A stretch of 61,886 nucleotides of DNA from Arcobacter sp. (GCA_037440805.1 JBBITK010000002.1:1-61886); one strand, 5' to 3'; counted from the first letter of the stretch, positions 31,630 through 41,566 are shown. The notes: generated by a model from the sequence alone, not told the origin. Numbers and translations are program-made.

Positions 31630-32607
31630 ATGAATTACAAAAACACTATTGAAAAGCTAATAGAGATATATAAAAGGTCTAATTTAAGTATTTCAAAATT
31701 TGCAACATTAATAAATAAAGATAGAAGAACAGTTACAACTTGGATAGATAATATTGCAGAAATTGAACCAACAAAAGATATAAAAGATAGAATCTGCCAA
31801 GTCTTTAGATATCCAGATTATATTTGGGAAGATGGATGTGATGGGGATGAATTTTTAAAATCTATCACACAAATACCTCAAAAGGAGGTAAGAATAATTG
31901 ATGAAGATTATTATGGGAGATTAAAATATATTATGGAGCAAGAGCAACATAGAAGATTTGTTATTCAAGCCCAATTCCCAGGACCTATGTACAGAGATAG
32001 TACAGTCCAAAGAGTTTATAGAAGTTCTACAAGTAGTGAGATTGAAGAGTTAAAGCAACAAAGAATAAATCAAATGTTGAAATATGATTATGATACAACA
32101 GAGTGGTATTCAATTAAATCTGTTTTATCTTTTTGTTTTGCAAGTATTGGAAACTTTTATACAAAAGAAGAAAAGATAAAAGTTTTAGAGCTTGTTTATG
32201 AATTGTTCAATAATAATTACAATAAAAAACTATTTTTATTTGATTCTTTTTCAAGAAAAATTTATGGAATGGAAACAACATATATTTCTATAAATGTAAA
32301 ACAAAAAATACTATTTTTTAAATCACCAATAGAATCAGTTTTTATTGAGATTAGAAATAAATCTTTGGTTGAAAGAATGCATAAATATTATAGCTCTCCA
32401 ATAGAAGCACCTTCCCATGTGAACTTTTTAGAATCAGTAAAAATCATAAAAATCTTACAAGATGCAGTAAGATATAACAATGATATAAAACAAGCCTATG
32501 AAATGATAAATAGACAAACAGATTATGGAGAGCTTTTTTACAATAATTTAAGTATTGATTTGCAAAAAGAGGTAACAGCTCCAAAAATTGGTCAAAAAAG
32601 AAATTAA
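31630..32607 (+). CDS. XRE-type HTH protein, putative transcriptional regulator
   Basis: N-terminal [24 protein letters not shown]....ICQVF fits an XRE/Cro HTH. Divergent from prpB. Confidence 0.65.
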   Translation: MNYKNTIEKLIEIYKRSNLSISKFATLINKDRRTVTTWIDNIAEIEPTKDIKDRICQVFRYPDYIWEDGCDGDEFLKSITQIPQKEVRIIDEDYYGRLKYIMEQEQHRRFVIQAQFPGPMYRDSTVQRVYRSSTSSEIEELKQQRINQMLKYDYDTTEWYSIKSVLSFCFASIGNFYTKEEKIKVLELVYELFNNNYNKKLFLFDSFSRKIYGMETTYISINVKQKILFFKSPIESVFIEIRNKSLVERMHKYYSSPIEAPSHVNFLESVKIIKILQDAVRYNNDIKQAYEMINRQTDYGELFYNNLSIDLQKEVTAPKIGQKRN

Positions 32608-32673
32608 TACTTGCCTTTAATTAAATAATAAAATAATTTAAATATGTTACAATAAAAACAAAAAGTATTTATT

Positions 32674-33543
32674 ATGAGAAAAAGTATTCTGGAGTCAATG
32701 ATTCCTTTTGTTTTTATATTTTTGTATGGAAGTGGTTTTGTTTTTACCCAATATGGATTGGAGAATTCAACACCAATGGCTTTTTTGGCTACAAGATTTT
32801 TTCTAGCTTTTTTAGTTTTGTTTACAATATGCCTATTTTATAGGATTTCTTTCCCAAAAAATCTAAAAGAATTCATTCACATATCAATAGCTGGGATGTT
32901 AACTGTAGGAACATTTTCTATTGGTGCATTTTTATCAATATCCTATGGGATTTCAGGTGCTTTATCTGCTTTGATTATAGCTTTGCAACCAATTATTGTG
33001 GCATTTTTGGCTATAAAATTTTTAGGAGAGAGTCTAAATAAAAATATTTTTGTGGGTTTATTTTTGGGTTTTTTAGGTGTAACTTTTGTGGTATATTCAA
33101 AAATCAGTTTCACAAGTGAGATGATTTTAGGAGTTTTTTGGTCGGTTATTGCACTTTTTGGGCTTAGTTTTGGAAATATCTATCAAAAAAAATATTGTTC
33201 AAATATGAATCTTTTTGTAGGTGGAGCAATACAGACTTTTAGTTCGACTATTCTTGTTTTACCTTTTTTATATTTTGAAGATTCCCATATAAATTGGAAT
33301 CAAGAGTTTTTTGTAGCTTTAATATATATGGCAATTTTTGTAAGTATTGGTGCTTTATCGCTTTTATATGTAATGATAAAAAACAAAGATGTTTCAAAAG
33401 TGGCATCTATATTTTATTTAGTACCAGTTAGCGCTGTTATTGTTTCATATTTTTTATTTGATTATGGTATTGATTTTATTACAATTTTTGGGATAATTAC
33501 TGTATTTATAGGTATTTCTATAATAAACAAAAAGAGAAATTAA
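32674..33543 (+). CDS. DMT/EamA family transporter
   Basis: About 10 TM, 289 aa, LATRF, ALQP and YQKK patterns. Confidence 0.9.
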   Translation: MRKSILESMIPFVFIFLYGSGFVFTQYGLENSTPMAFLATRFFLAFLVLFTICLFYRISFPKNLKEFIHISIAGMLTVGTFSIGAFLSISYGISGALSALIIALQPIIVAFLAIKFLGESLNKNIFVGLFLGFLGVTFVVYSKISFTSEMILGVFWSVIALFGLSFGNIYQKKYCSNMNLFVGGAIQTFSSTILVLPFLYFEDSHINWNQEFFVALIYMAIFVSIGALSLLYVMIKNKDVSKVASIFYLVPVSAVIVSYFLFDYGIDFITIFGIITVFIGISIINKKRN

Positions 33544-33659
33544 GAAAAAATGTTTCTTAATCTCTGAAAAAAAGAGAGTTTTTTCTTTTTTTCAACTTTC
33601 TCTTTTAGCTCTTTTGATACTTTTTCAAGATGTTTTGGTTTGTAAATATACTCTTTCAT
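33540..33659 (-). CDS. Unannotated 39-aa basic protein with C-terminal amphipathic helix
   Basis: Translated by hand: MKEYIYKPKHLEKVSKELKEKVEKKKKLSFFQRLRNIFS*. The ATG lies 1 nt after the stop of the OmpA/MotB-like gene. Confidence 0.6.
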   Translation of the reverse strand: MKEYIYKPKHLEKVSKELKEKVEKKKKLSFFQRLRNIFS

Positions 33660-33660
33660 T

Positions 33661-34644
33661 TTATTTTTTATCCAAATAATTTTGCAACTCTTTTATGGCT
33701 GTTTCGTTTTTGATAAGGAATTTTATCTCTATTCTTCTTGATGCATCTTTGTCTTCTATCCCATCTTTATAGATTAAATCAGAAGATGATTTCCCACTAG
33801 AACTTACAAATTTTCCAAGTAAATCTTTATTTATTAAATTTGCATCATATAAAAATTGCATAACTTCCAATGCTCTTTTTTGGGATAATTCTAAATTTGT
33901 TAAATATCCACCATCACTATTAGTATGCCCTTCTATAGTTATACTTTGAATATATTTTTTTACATCTTCATCTGTTAGTAATGTTTGAAGGTATTGTTTC
34001 ATAACTGTTGATAATTTTTTCTTAGCTTCCTCTTTTAGTTTATATTGTCCTTGGTCAAACAAAATATTTGAAGAGAATTTTATAGCTCCTGTTTTATCAT
34101 CAATATCAATAGAATTACCTAATTTTTCTTTTAGTTTTGCAATAACAGTAAGTTTTATTCCTGTTAAATCTTTGATTTTTGCTTTTGTTATATCAAACTC
34201 TTCAACAAGTTTTTGTTGAATTTTTGATTGTTCAATCAATGATTGAGCAAGAGTTGCTATCTCTTCTTCTTTTAGAGCTATTAAATTGTGTTTATTTAAA
34301 ATCTCTTGAGATAATTTTTCATAATTTTCATTATGTTCTTTCTCTTTTAATTCATAACCAAGTAATAAATCCTTTAATTTATTAAGTTCTGTTAAATTTA
34401 ATTCATTTAAAGCATTTGATTTGGCTAATCTCTCTTTCAAATCCATAACAACTTTATCTTTACTCAATAGTTGTTCTTGACTTTGATTTAGTGCATTTTT
34501 CTCTTTTTCTAAAATAGCTTGAGTATAAAGATATTTTATAACTATTGCTCCTATAACAAGTATAAAAACAAACAGAAGTCCAGCCATTAAATCGGCATAG
34601 GAAATCCAAAAATTTTCATCATTTTTTTCGTGTTTTTTATACAT
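33661..34644 (-). CDS. ZorB/MotB-like protein with N-terminal TM, coiled coil and OmpA peptidoglycan-binding domain
   Basis: FWISYADLMAGLLFVF, IEGHTNSDG, NLELSQKRA and SRRIEI. Confidence 0.85.
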   Translation of the reverse strand: MYKKHEKNDENFWISYADLMAGLLFVFILVIGAIVIKYLYTQAILEKEKNALNQSQEQLLSKDKVVMDLKERLAKSNALNELNLTELNKLKDLLLGYELKEKEHNENYEKLSQEILNKHNLIALKEEEIATLAQSLIEQSKIQQKLVEEFDITKAKIKDLTGIKLTVIAKLKEKLGNSIDIDDKTGAIKFSSNILFDQGQYKLKEEAKKKLSTVMKQYLQTLLTDEDVKKYIQSITIEGHTNSDGGYLTNLELSQKRALEVMQFLYDANLINKDLLGKFVSSSGKSSSDLIYKDGIEDKDASRRIEIKFLIKNETAIKELQNYLDKK

Positions 34645-34650
34645 TTGAAA

Positions 34651-35868
34651 CTACTTTGATGATTGATTTAATTGTGCTAAATCTTCAACTATTTTTGCTG
34701 TTTGTTCATCTATTAATTCTAAAGAGTTTTTTAGTTTTTCAGTAAATTTAGAATCATAGTTTTCAATTTGAGTTTCAAGTTTTGAACCTATAAAAGTAAC
34801 TTCACTTTTCATATTCTCTACACCTTTAAGTATCTCTGTATATAGGTTTTTAACATTTTCAGAACTTAAATGTTGTAAAGAGTTATTTAAAGTTTCAATA
34901 CTACTATTTAGTTTTTCAGATGTTTTTCCAAAAATTTCCCTTTGGTTTTCAAAAAGTTGAACATTTTTATTTACATGGGAAGTCATAGTTTTGATAGTAT
35001 TTGCCAATTCTTGATTATTCTCTACATTATCACTAATTCTTGTTGATAACTCTAACTCTTTTTTCAATATATCTTCCAATAAAGATACCCTTTGTTCTAT
35101 TAGACTATTTATATTTTCCACATAATTATTTGAGCTTAGTTTTTCAAATAATTCATTCATTTTTGCAAAGCTATCTAAATTGTTTTTAACATGTATTGTT
35201 TCAATATCAATTTTTGTCCAAAAGTGAGATTTTGTATCTTCTTTGATTGTGTAAATGTCATGTTCAAATCTACTCATTCCAATTTTTTCAAAAAATGTCC
35301 ACCATAAAGATAAAAAAATACCATAAATAGATACATAAAATGCTGTTCCAACTCCACCTAAAAGTTTTGAAATTTCACTTTCTAAAGCTGTTGTATTTCC
35401 AGAATTAAAATCAGGCATACTAAACGCAATAGATATAAAAGTTCCCAAAATTCCAAGTGTTGGGAATACTGCAGAGGCTATTGATGAGAAATTAGTATTT
35501 CTAAGATTATTTGTATAATCTTCTAAAAAACTATCAACATCTCCATTTGCTTTAGTTGTATTCCCCAAAGTCAAAAGATTTTTTTCTACATAATCTTGTA
35601 AACTCAATATTAAATCTTGTTTTTGGTTCCTAAATTTACAAGAGGCATAATAAGCATTATTTTTTATAAAAAACAGATATATCAAATATATAAATCCAAT
35701 TAAAATTACACTGTGAATTTCAATCTTTAGGGATAAATAGTTTAGATAACACATCAATACTGCAACAAAAAGAATAGTTGGTATTGTTAAAAGCATAAAT
35801 ATTTTTGAAGATTGACTACATCTATAATTACTAGTTTCTATATGTATGGTAGTTGATTCATTTTGCAT
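34651..35868 (-). CDS. ZorA-like MotA/TolQ/ExbB ion-channel protein with long helical C-terminal tail
   Basis: PTLGILGTFISI and TAFYVSIYGIFLSL TM motifs, then about 210 aa of heptad-rich tail. Confidence 0.82.
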   Translation of the reverse strand: MQNESTTIHIETSNYRCSQSSKIFMLLTIPTILFVAVLMCYLNYLSLKIEIHSVILIGFIYLIYLFFIKNNAYYASCKFRNQKQDLILSLQDYVEKNLLTLGNTTKANGDVDSFLEDYTNNLRNTNFSSIASAVFPTLGILGTFISIAFSMPDFNSGNTTALESEISKLLGGVGTAFYVSIYGIFLSLWWTFFEKIGMSRFEHDIYTIKEDTKSHFWTKIDIETIHVKNNLDSFAKMNELFEKLSSNNYVENINSLIEQRVSLLEDILKKELELSTRISDNVENNQELANTIKTMTSHVNKNVQLFENQREIFGKTSEKLNSSIETLNNSLQHLSSENVKNLYTEILKGVENMKSEVTFIGSKLETQIENYDSKFTEKLKNSLELIDEQTAKIVEDLAQLNQSSK

Positions 35869-35994
35869 TTTAATTCCTGATTTTATAGTTTTTAGTTTAG
35901 AAAGTTTAGCATATTAAAACTAACTAAGTTTTAATTTTTTGGATAGTTTTATGAATAAAAGTTTAATTTTTATGAAGAGTTTAAGAGGTAAAAA

Positions 35995-37272
35995 TTACCT
36001 CTGTGTTTTATTAAACTCGTCTCTTCCTATGAAGTTAGTTTTGTTTGTTTCAACAACCATTTGTTTTGCCATTTGGTCATTTACATTTGCAACCTCAAGG
36101 GTATGTTGTGCTCTTTGTGCATTTTCTTGAGTGATTTTATCCATTTGAGAAACTGCATTGTTTATTTGCTCAATTCCTCTTTGTTGTTCTCTCAATGAAT
36201 TGGAAACATCATTCATAATAACTCTTGTTTTACCGATATTTTCATTGATAATTGTATATTCATTTATCATATCGTTTGAAGCAACTTTTCCTCTTTTTGT
36301 AACATCAGTTGCATCACCAACAAGTTTTTTTATCTCTTTTGCAGCTTCTGCAGCTCTTGAAGCCAAACTTCTAACTTCAGCAGCAACAACAGCAAAACCT
36401 TTTCCAGCTTCTCCAGCAGTTGCTGCTTCAACAGCAGCATTAAGAGATAGGATATTTGTTTGGAAAGCAATTTGGTCAATTACAACAATAGCTTCTTCAA
36501 TAGCTTTTGTTTTTTCATCAATTTCATCCATTAAAGTAGCACTATCTTTTGCATTTGAATAACCTTTTTCTATAGAAGTTCCAAGGTTATTTGAGTAAGT
36601 TAGCATATTTTGAACATTTCTATTATTTTCAACGATAGTTGATGTGATTTGTTCAATAGCAGCAGCTGTTTGTTCTAAAGTTGCAGATTGTTCAATAACA
36701 CTTCTACCTAATGAATCCATATTTGCTTTTAATAAATCAGAATTTGCACTAAGTTTAATGTTGTTTTTTAGACTGCTTAAAAGCATTTTGGAAATTTTTA
36801 TATTTACATGATTGATTTGTTCTATCATATCTTTTAAATCATTGTTGTAATTATTCTCAATTTGAATAGTAAAATCATTTTTATTGTATTTATCCATAAA
36901 TGAAACTACAGAATTTATAGTTTTTCTAAATTGCTCTAAAGTTGTATTTATGTTAGAAGATATCTCTTGTAATTTTTGGTTTTGTGAATTTCTACTAACT
37001 CTCACATCATATTCACCATTACTTGATTGTCTTGTAACATCTATTAAATCATTTAGAATTTCATCATCATAATTTTGTGAAATAGGTTCATTTTTCACAA
37101 TAGTTTCAATCTTATTTTGACTTTCTTGAGGTATAAAATTCACCCCTATAAGTGATAATATGGAAACCACAGAAACTATAATATGTATAGTTGAAGTTTT
37201 TTCAGCGGTAATTAACAAAAATAATATTGTTAATATGGCAATCGACGACGATATAATCGTACTTTTATTCAT
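35995..37272 (-). CDS. Methyl-accepting chemotaxis protein
   Basis: [37 protein letters not shown]. Two closely spaced TM helices. Confidence 0.95.
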   Translation of the reverse strand: MNKSTIISSSIAILTILFLLITAEKTSTIHIIVSVVSILSLIGVNFIPQESQNKIETIVKNEPISQNYDDEILNDLIDVTRQSSNGEYDVRVSRNSQNQKLQEISSNINTTLEQFRKTINSVVSFMDKYNKNDFTIQIENNYNNDLKDMIEQINHVNIKISKMLLSSLKNNIKLSANSDLLKANMDSLGRSVIEQSATLEQTAAAIEQITSTIVENNRNVQNMLTYSNNLGTSIEKGYSNAKDSATLMDEIDEKTKAIEEAIVVIDQIAFQTNILSLNAAVEAATAGEAGKGFAVVAAEVRSLASRAAEAAKEIKKLVGDATDVTKRGKVASNDMINEYTIINENIGKTRVIMNDVSNSLREQQRGIEQINNAVSQMDKITQENAQRAQHTLEVANVNDQMAKQMVVETNKTNFIGRDEFNKTQR

Positions 37273-37280
37273 AATTACTC

Positions 37281-38393
37281 CTAGAGAATATTTAATTGAT
37301 GTGCTAAATCTGCTGCTATTCTATCATAATTTCTAACAGCTAGTAATCTTTTTTGTCCATTTATTCCAACATTTGTAATCTCTTCTTTAGAAAGTGCGAT
37401 TATGTACTCAAGTTTGTTTTTGATGTTCTCTTCGTTGAAATCGCAAAACCATGCACTTGTATAATCTTCAAAGATTGAAGCATTATTTTCATTGTTACTC
37501 ATTATGCACGGAATAGCACTTGAGTAATAATCTAATACTTTCATAGGAGTTGAACTATTAAAGAGTGATATGTTTGGTAAGGTAGCCAATCCAATATCAG
37601 CTTTTGCAATCAAATCTAATAAATCACTTCTTGAAGTAGCATTATAAATCTCAACATTTTCAGATAAATCAGGGAAATTTTCCATCATACTACTTAGATA
37701 TTCAGGGTCTTTTGTGGAAATCATTATTTTAAAATCATTACTTTCTATTTTACTAAAAGCTTTTAAAACAGTTTCAAACTCTCTTAATTTATCAAGTGTT
37801 CCAGCATAGAAAAATCTTTTCTCTTTTCCCGTATGCTGTATATTTTCATGTAAGTTGTCAGGGTCTATGGCTGATGGAATTACAAATGTTCTTATTTTTA
37901 CATCTTTGAAATAATCATTTTTCATTTGAAAAGATGTTGGCAAAAATATATCGCATTCATTGATTAGACTTATTTCACTATATGTTTGGATTTTATTTGA
38001 AATTACATCAAAAATTGATTTTTTATTATTTGCTTCATCTGTTTGAAGTTTTGCAATTCTTTTAGGAAAGGAGAGTCTAAATCCTACTTTGAAACTATAA
38101 TTTGGTCGTTTTTTGAGTACCTCTTTTAGTAAATTGATTGTATTTCTAACAACCACAAAAGAGTAAGAGTTTAAATCTATGCCATTTTCTTGTAGTTTTT
38201 CCAAAAGATTTGTTTTAAAACTATCTGGAACAATTATTCTGTTGTCCTCTTTTATCTCTATTTCATTTTTTGTTGATGAAAAAAAGATAGTATTTATATC
38301 AAAATGTTTAGTTAAATATTTTTGAAATAAAGGTCCTATAAAACTATGGTCAGTGTGTTCATCTTGGTCTGTGATGTATAAAAATTTGCTCAT
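37281..38393 (-). CDS. Glycosyltransferase (GT-B, GT4-like)
   Basis: FYAGTL, ADIGLA and [17 protein letters not shown]. Confidence 0.85.
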   Translation of the reverse strand: MSKFLYITDQDEHTDHSFIGPLFQKYLTKHFDINTIFFSSTKNEIEIKEDNRIIVPDSFKTNLLEKLQENGIDLNSYSFVVVRNTINLLKEVLKKRPNYSFKVGFRLSFPKRIAKLQTDEANNKKSIFDVISNKIQTYSEISLINECDIFLPTSFQMKNDYFKDVKIRTFVIPSAIDPDNLHENIQHTGKEKRFFYAGTLDKLREFETVLKAFSKIESNDFKIMISTKDPEYLSSMMENFPDLSENVEIYNATSRSDLLDLIAKADIGLATLPNISLFNSSTPMKVLDYYSSAIPCIMSNNENNASIFEDYTSAWFCDFNEENIKNKLEYIIALSKEEITNVGINGQKRLLAVRNYDRIAADLAHQLNIL

Positions 38394-38483
38394 ACTTTCC
38401 CCTTTTGTAAAATATTAAAATTTTATTATTTCTAAATAGCAACAAAAAAGCATTATTAATTTAAGATTAGTTATTATGATTTT

Positions 38484-39251
38484 ATGAAAAATACAAGTAT
38501 TGAATTTATAGGTTATTTTAGAACTGTTCTTGATATTTATAATGGAATAACTATCGATTATAAGGACTTGCCTCCTACTTTGGAGGAGTTTGAAATAAAC
38601 CTTGAATTTTTGATAGAAAATTGTAAAAATATAAGGAATCTTATTTGGATTTATATTGATATAAATAAATCTGACTTTATTCCAGTTGCAACAAAAAAAG
38701 GTTTCATATTTCACTCTTGTTCAAGTGAATATGTGCTTTTGGTAAAAAGATTAAAACCAAATGCCATAATACCAACTTCTGCAAATCATACATTAGGTGT
38801 TGGTGCAGTTGTAATAAATGAAAACAACGAACTTCTAGTTATAAAAGAGAGACTTTCAAATATTGGATATAAACTTCCTGGTGGACATATTGATGACAAA
38901 GAGATGATTTCAAATGCCCTTTGTAGAGAAGTTTTGGAAGAGACAGGAGTTATTGTAGAGTTTATCTCTATAGTCTCTTTAGGGCATTTTTATCCCCATC
39001 AATTTCACAAATCAAATTTATATATTTTATGTTTGGCAAAACCACTTAGTTATGAAATAGAGATAAGTGATATTGAAGAGATAGAAGATGCAAAATGGGT
39101 AAATGTTTATGAGTATTTAGCTGATGAAGAAGTGTTGGAATATTCTAAAGCTATTGTAAAAACAGCTTTAAAATGTAAAGGTTTTGAAAAAATAAATCAA
39201 GAACTTTTGACACATATAAATAGAGATTTTGAGTTGTTTTTCCCCAGCTAG
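38484..39251 (+). CDS. NUDIX hydrolase (Nudt6-like, with pre-Nudix domain)
   Basis: HTLGVGAVV and Nudix box GGHIDDKEMISNALCREVLEETGV. Confidence 0.88.
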   Translation: MKNTSIEFIGYFRTVLDIYNGITIDYKDLPPTLEEFEINLEFLIENCKNIRNLIWIYIDINKSDFIPVATKKGFIFHSCSSEYVLLVKRLKPNAIIPTSANHTLGVGAVVINENNELLVIKERLSNIGYKLPGGHIDDKEMISNALCREVLEETGVIVEFISIVSLGHFYPHQFHKSNLYILCLAKPLSYEIEISDIEEIEDAKWVNVYEYLADEEVLEYSKAIVKTALKCKGFEKINQELLTHINRDFELFFPS

Positions 39252-39253
39252 TT

Positions 39254-40353
39254 TTATACTTTTATATTGATTTGTTTATAGTAAACCAAACAAAGAGCTA
39301 TCAAAATCACTCCTAAAATAGCAAAAACTCCGTAATATAAAAAATAAGCCAAAACAAAAATCAAAATAGATTTCAAAATCCCATCAATATAACCATTAAA
39401 TATTTGTAGAGCTTCATTTATATTTGATTTATATATGTTTTTCAAAATATTCATAAATGAGGCATAAAACAAGCCAAAAGTAAAAAAATGAAAAGCTTGA
39501 ATAATACAAAGTAAAATAAAATTATCAATAAATAAATCAAAAAACAGAAGCCTCAAACCAGTAATCAAACTAGCAACCAAAAAGAGTTGATTAAAACTAT
39601 AAAGTTTAAAAAGATGGTGAGCTGTAAAAAACGCAATTATTTCAAAAAATATCCCAACACTTAATAATATACTTGTATCCACTTCACTATAACCAAAAAT
39701 ACTAAGATATACACCAATAAATGTATGAAAAAATGACATAAATATCATTACAACTCCACCAATAAGCCAAAAAGAAAAGGCATTTGTTGTTTTGATATTT
39801 TGGTTCGATTTTTCACTTGTAATGTGAAGTTGAAGCACTTTTTTTCTTTGATACAAAATAGCATTTGAAACCACAAAATAGATAAACATATAAATATAAA
39901 AAAGCAGACTCATATCTTTTATAAGAGATGGAAAAGCAATAATTGCCAAAAAAGTGAAAAACCACCAAAAGAGCCAAAAACCCTAAAAAGACCCAAATAT
40001 TTGCGGTAAGTTTTGATTTTGATTTGGTCAAAATATGAGATTACAAAGTTATTTACAATCCCAAAAAGTGTGGCAAAAAAGAGAACCAAATAGAAATTAT
40101 TTTGAAATAAATACACTAATATACACAATAAAACATATAAATTATTAAGAATATATATTTTTAGTTTTGCAAATTCTATATGTTTAAAAAGATTTATGGA
40201 TAAAAATCTAAAAAAAGTCAAACTCCCTATAATAATTCCAATTTCATAAGTTTCATATTGTTTTTGAAGTTGCATAGGAAAAACCATAATAAAATATACA
40301 ATTATAGACCAATAACTAAAATAGAAAATCTTTAGATTTGTTCGTAGGAGCAT
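39254..40353 (-). pseudogene. MFS transporter (HcaT/LacY-like) split by a 1-nt frameshift
   Basis: Two overlapping hydrophobic ORFs. Adding one T to the T6 run (A6 at 39948-39953) joins RVFGSFGGFSLF-LAIIAFPSL into a 366-aa protein. Confidence 0.8.
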
Positions 40354-40499
40354 TTTGAACCTTTTGAAAATTTGTGGAATTTTAGCAGATTTTCTTTATG
40401 GATTAAATCCATATTTCTATAAATTAAAAGTTAGAAACTTGTATAATCGCCAAAAAATTAGAGTTCTTAAAAAAAGAGCTATCAAAAAAGGAAATATTT

Positions 40500-40880
40500 A
40501 TGAAACAAATTATTGCAACACCAAAAGCTCCAAGTGCTATTGGACCATACAATCAAGCTACAACATTTGAAAAGTTAGTTTTCACTTCTGGACAAATTGC
40601 CCTTGACCCACAAACTATGGAAGTTGTAGAGGGTGGTGTACAAGAGCAAACAAAACAAGTTATGGAAAACCTAAAAGCAGTTTTAGAAGAGGCTGGAAGT
40701 TCTTTTGACAATGTTTTAAAAACTACTTGTTTTTTAGCTGAAATGGGAGATTTTGTGGCATTTAATGAGATTTATGCACAATATTTTACAAAAGATGCAC
40801 CTGCAAGAAGTACAGTTGCTGTTAAAACTTTGCCAAAAAATGTTTTGGTTGAAGTGGAAGTTATCGCTTATAAAAACTAG
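40500..40880 (+). CDS. ridA: RidA family enamine/imine deaminase
   Basis: APSAIGPY.Q, SGQI, PARS and LPK..LVEVE. Confidence 0.93.
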   Translation: MKQIIATPKAPSAIGPYNQATTFEKLVFTSGQIALDPQTMEVVEGGVQEQTKQVMENLKAVLEEAGSSFDNVLKTTCFLAEMGDFVAFNEIYAQYFTKDAPARSTVAVKTLPKNVLVEVEVIAYKN

Positions 40881-40897
40881 AGGGTAACTCTGGTTTT
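40873..40897 (+). terminator. Terminator-like hairpin after ridA
   Basis: AAAACTAGAG-GGTAA-CTCTGGTTTT. Confidence 0.6.
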
Positions 40898-40962
40898 ATT
40901 TAAGTGTTTGACTAAATTTTTATGTGCTATAATTTGAGATAAATAAAAAATAAGATTAAAAA

Positions 40963-41253
40963 ATGCAAAGAGAAATAGCAATAAATTTACTAAAAAAATT
41001 TAAAGAACTTAATCAACAAAAATATGGAATTGAAGCTTTGGGACTATTTGGTTCAACAGCAAGAGATGAAGCAAAACCCACAAGTGATGTTGATATTTGT
41101 ATAAAAACCCAAAAAGCTGATTTGTTCGCTCTTGTACATATAAAACAAGAATTGGAAGAATTTTTATCAACTCCTATTGATATTGTAAGAGTTAGGGATA
41201 AAATGAACCCTTTTTTTAAAAATAGAATTGAAAAAGAGGCTATTTATGTATGA
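40963..41253 (+). CDS. Minimal nucleotidyltransferase (MntA-type antitoxin)
   Basis: LFGSTARDEA...SDVDI motif, 96 aa. Extended -10 TGCTATAAT at 40925-40933. Confidence 0.92.
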   Translation: MQREIAINLLKKFKELNQQKYGIEALGLFGSTARDEAKPTSDVDICIKTQKADLFALVHIKQELEEFLSTPIDIVRVRDKMNPFFKNRIEKEAIYV

Positions 41254-41320
41254 TAAATCTCTTGTTCTTGAGATATTAACTCAAACTATATTATATGAGG
41301 TTGATAATGATGAGAGATAA
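41246..41320 (+). pseudogene. Truncated HEPN/DUF86 toxin N-terminal remnant
   Basis: MYDKSLVLEILTQTILYEVDNDER* starts overlapping the MNT stop. The first 13 aa resemble DUF86 N-termini. Confidence 0.55.
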
Positions 41321-41564
41321 AAATGATAAGCAAATATTAAAAGATTGTTTTATCTGTATAGAAGGGATGAATACTCCGTTTTTGGTTAGTATCGAAACAA
41401 GTTTGGGAATAAAATTAGAAAATGAAAATCCACTCCCTATTGAAGTACTAAAAGATAATTATAAAAAAGAATCAAATTGTATTGGTTTTGTACCAATTTT
41501 ATTCCTAAAGTCAGAAAAAATATTTATTTGTCCAATATCAGAATACCCTGAATGTCATGTTTGA
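41310..41564 (+). CDS. Hypothetical protein
   Basis: ORF of about 84-89 aa after GAGG. Start uncertain (41295, 41307 or 41310). Confidence 0.5.
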   Translation: MRDKNDKQILKDCFICIEGMNTPFLVSIETSLGIKLENENPLPIEVLKDNYKKESNCIGFVPILFLKSEKIFICPISEYPECHV

Positions 41565-41566
41565 AA

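Noticed and set aside
33661-35868. Calling the pair flagellar motAB or a complete Zorya system
   Set aside because: The long A-subunit tail and lack of flagellar neighbours argue against motAB. No zorC/D/E is present, so it cannot be called complete Zorya.
39813-40031. 72-aa ORF as a separate gene
   Set aside because: It is the third reading frame across the MFS frameshift region.
40355-40570. 71-aa ORF upstream of ridA
   Set aside because: TTG start without an RBS. It spans the divergent promoter and overlaps ridA out of frame.
40895-40906. Possible third tex-end remnant (TTATTTAAG) after the ridA terminator
   Set aside because: The match is too short to distinguish from chance.
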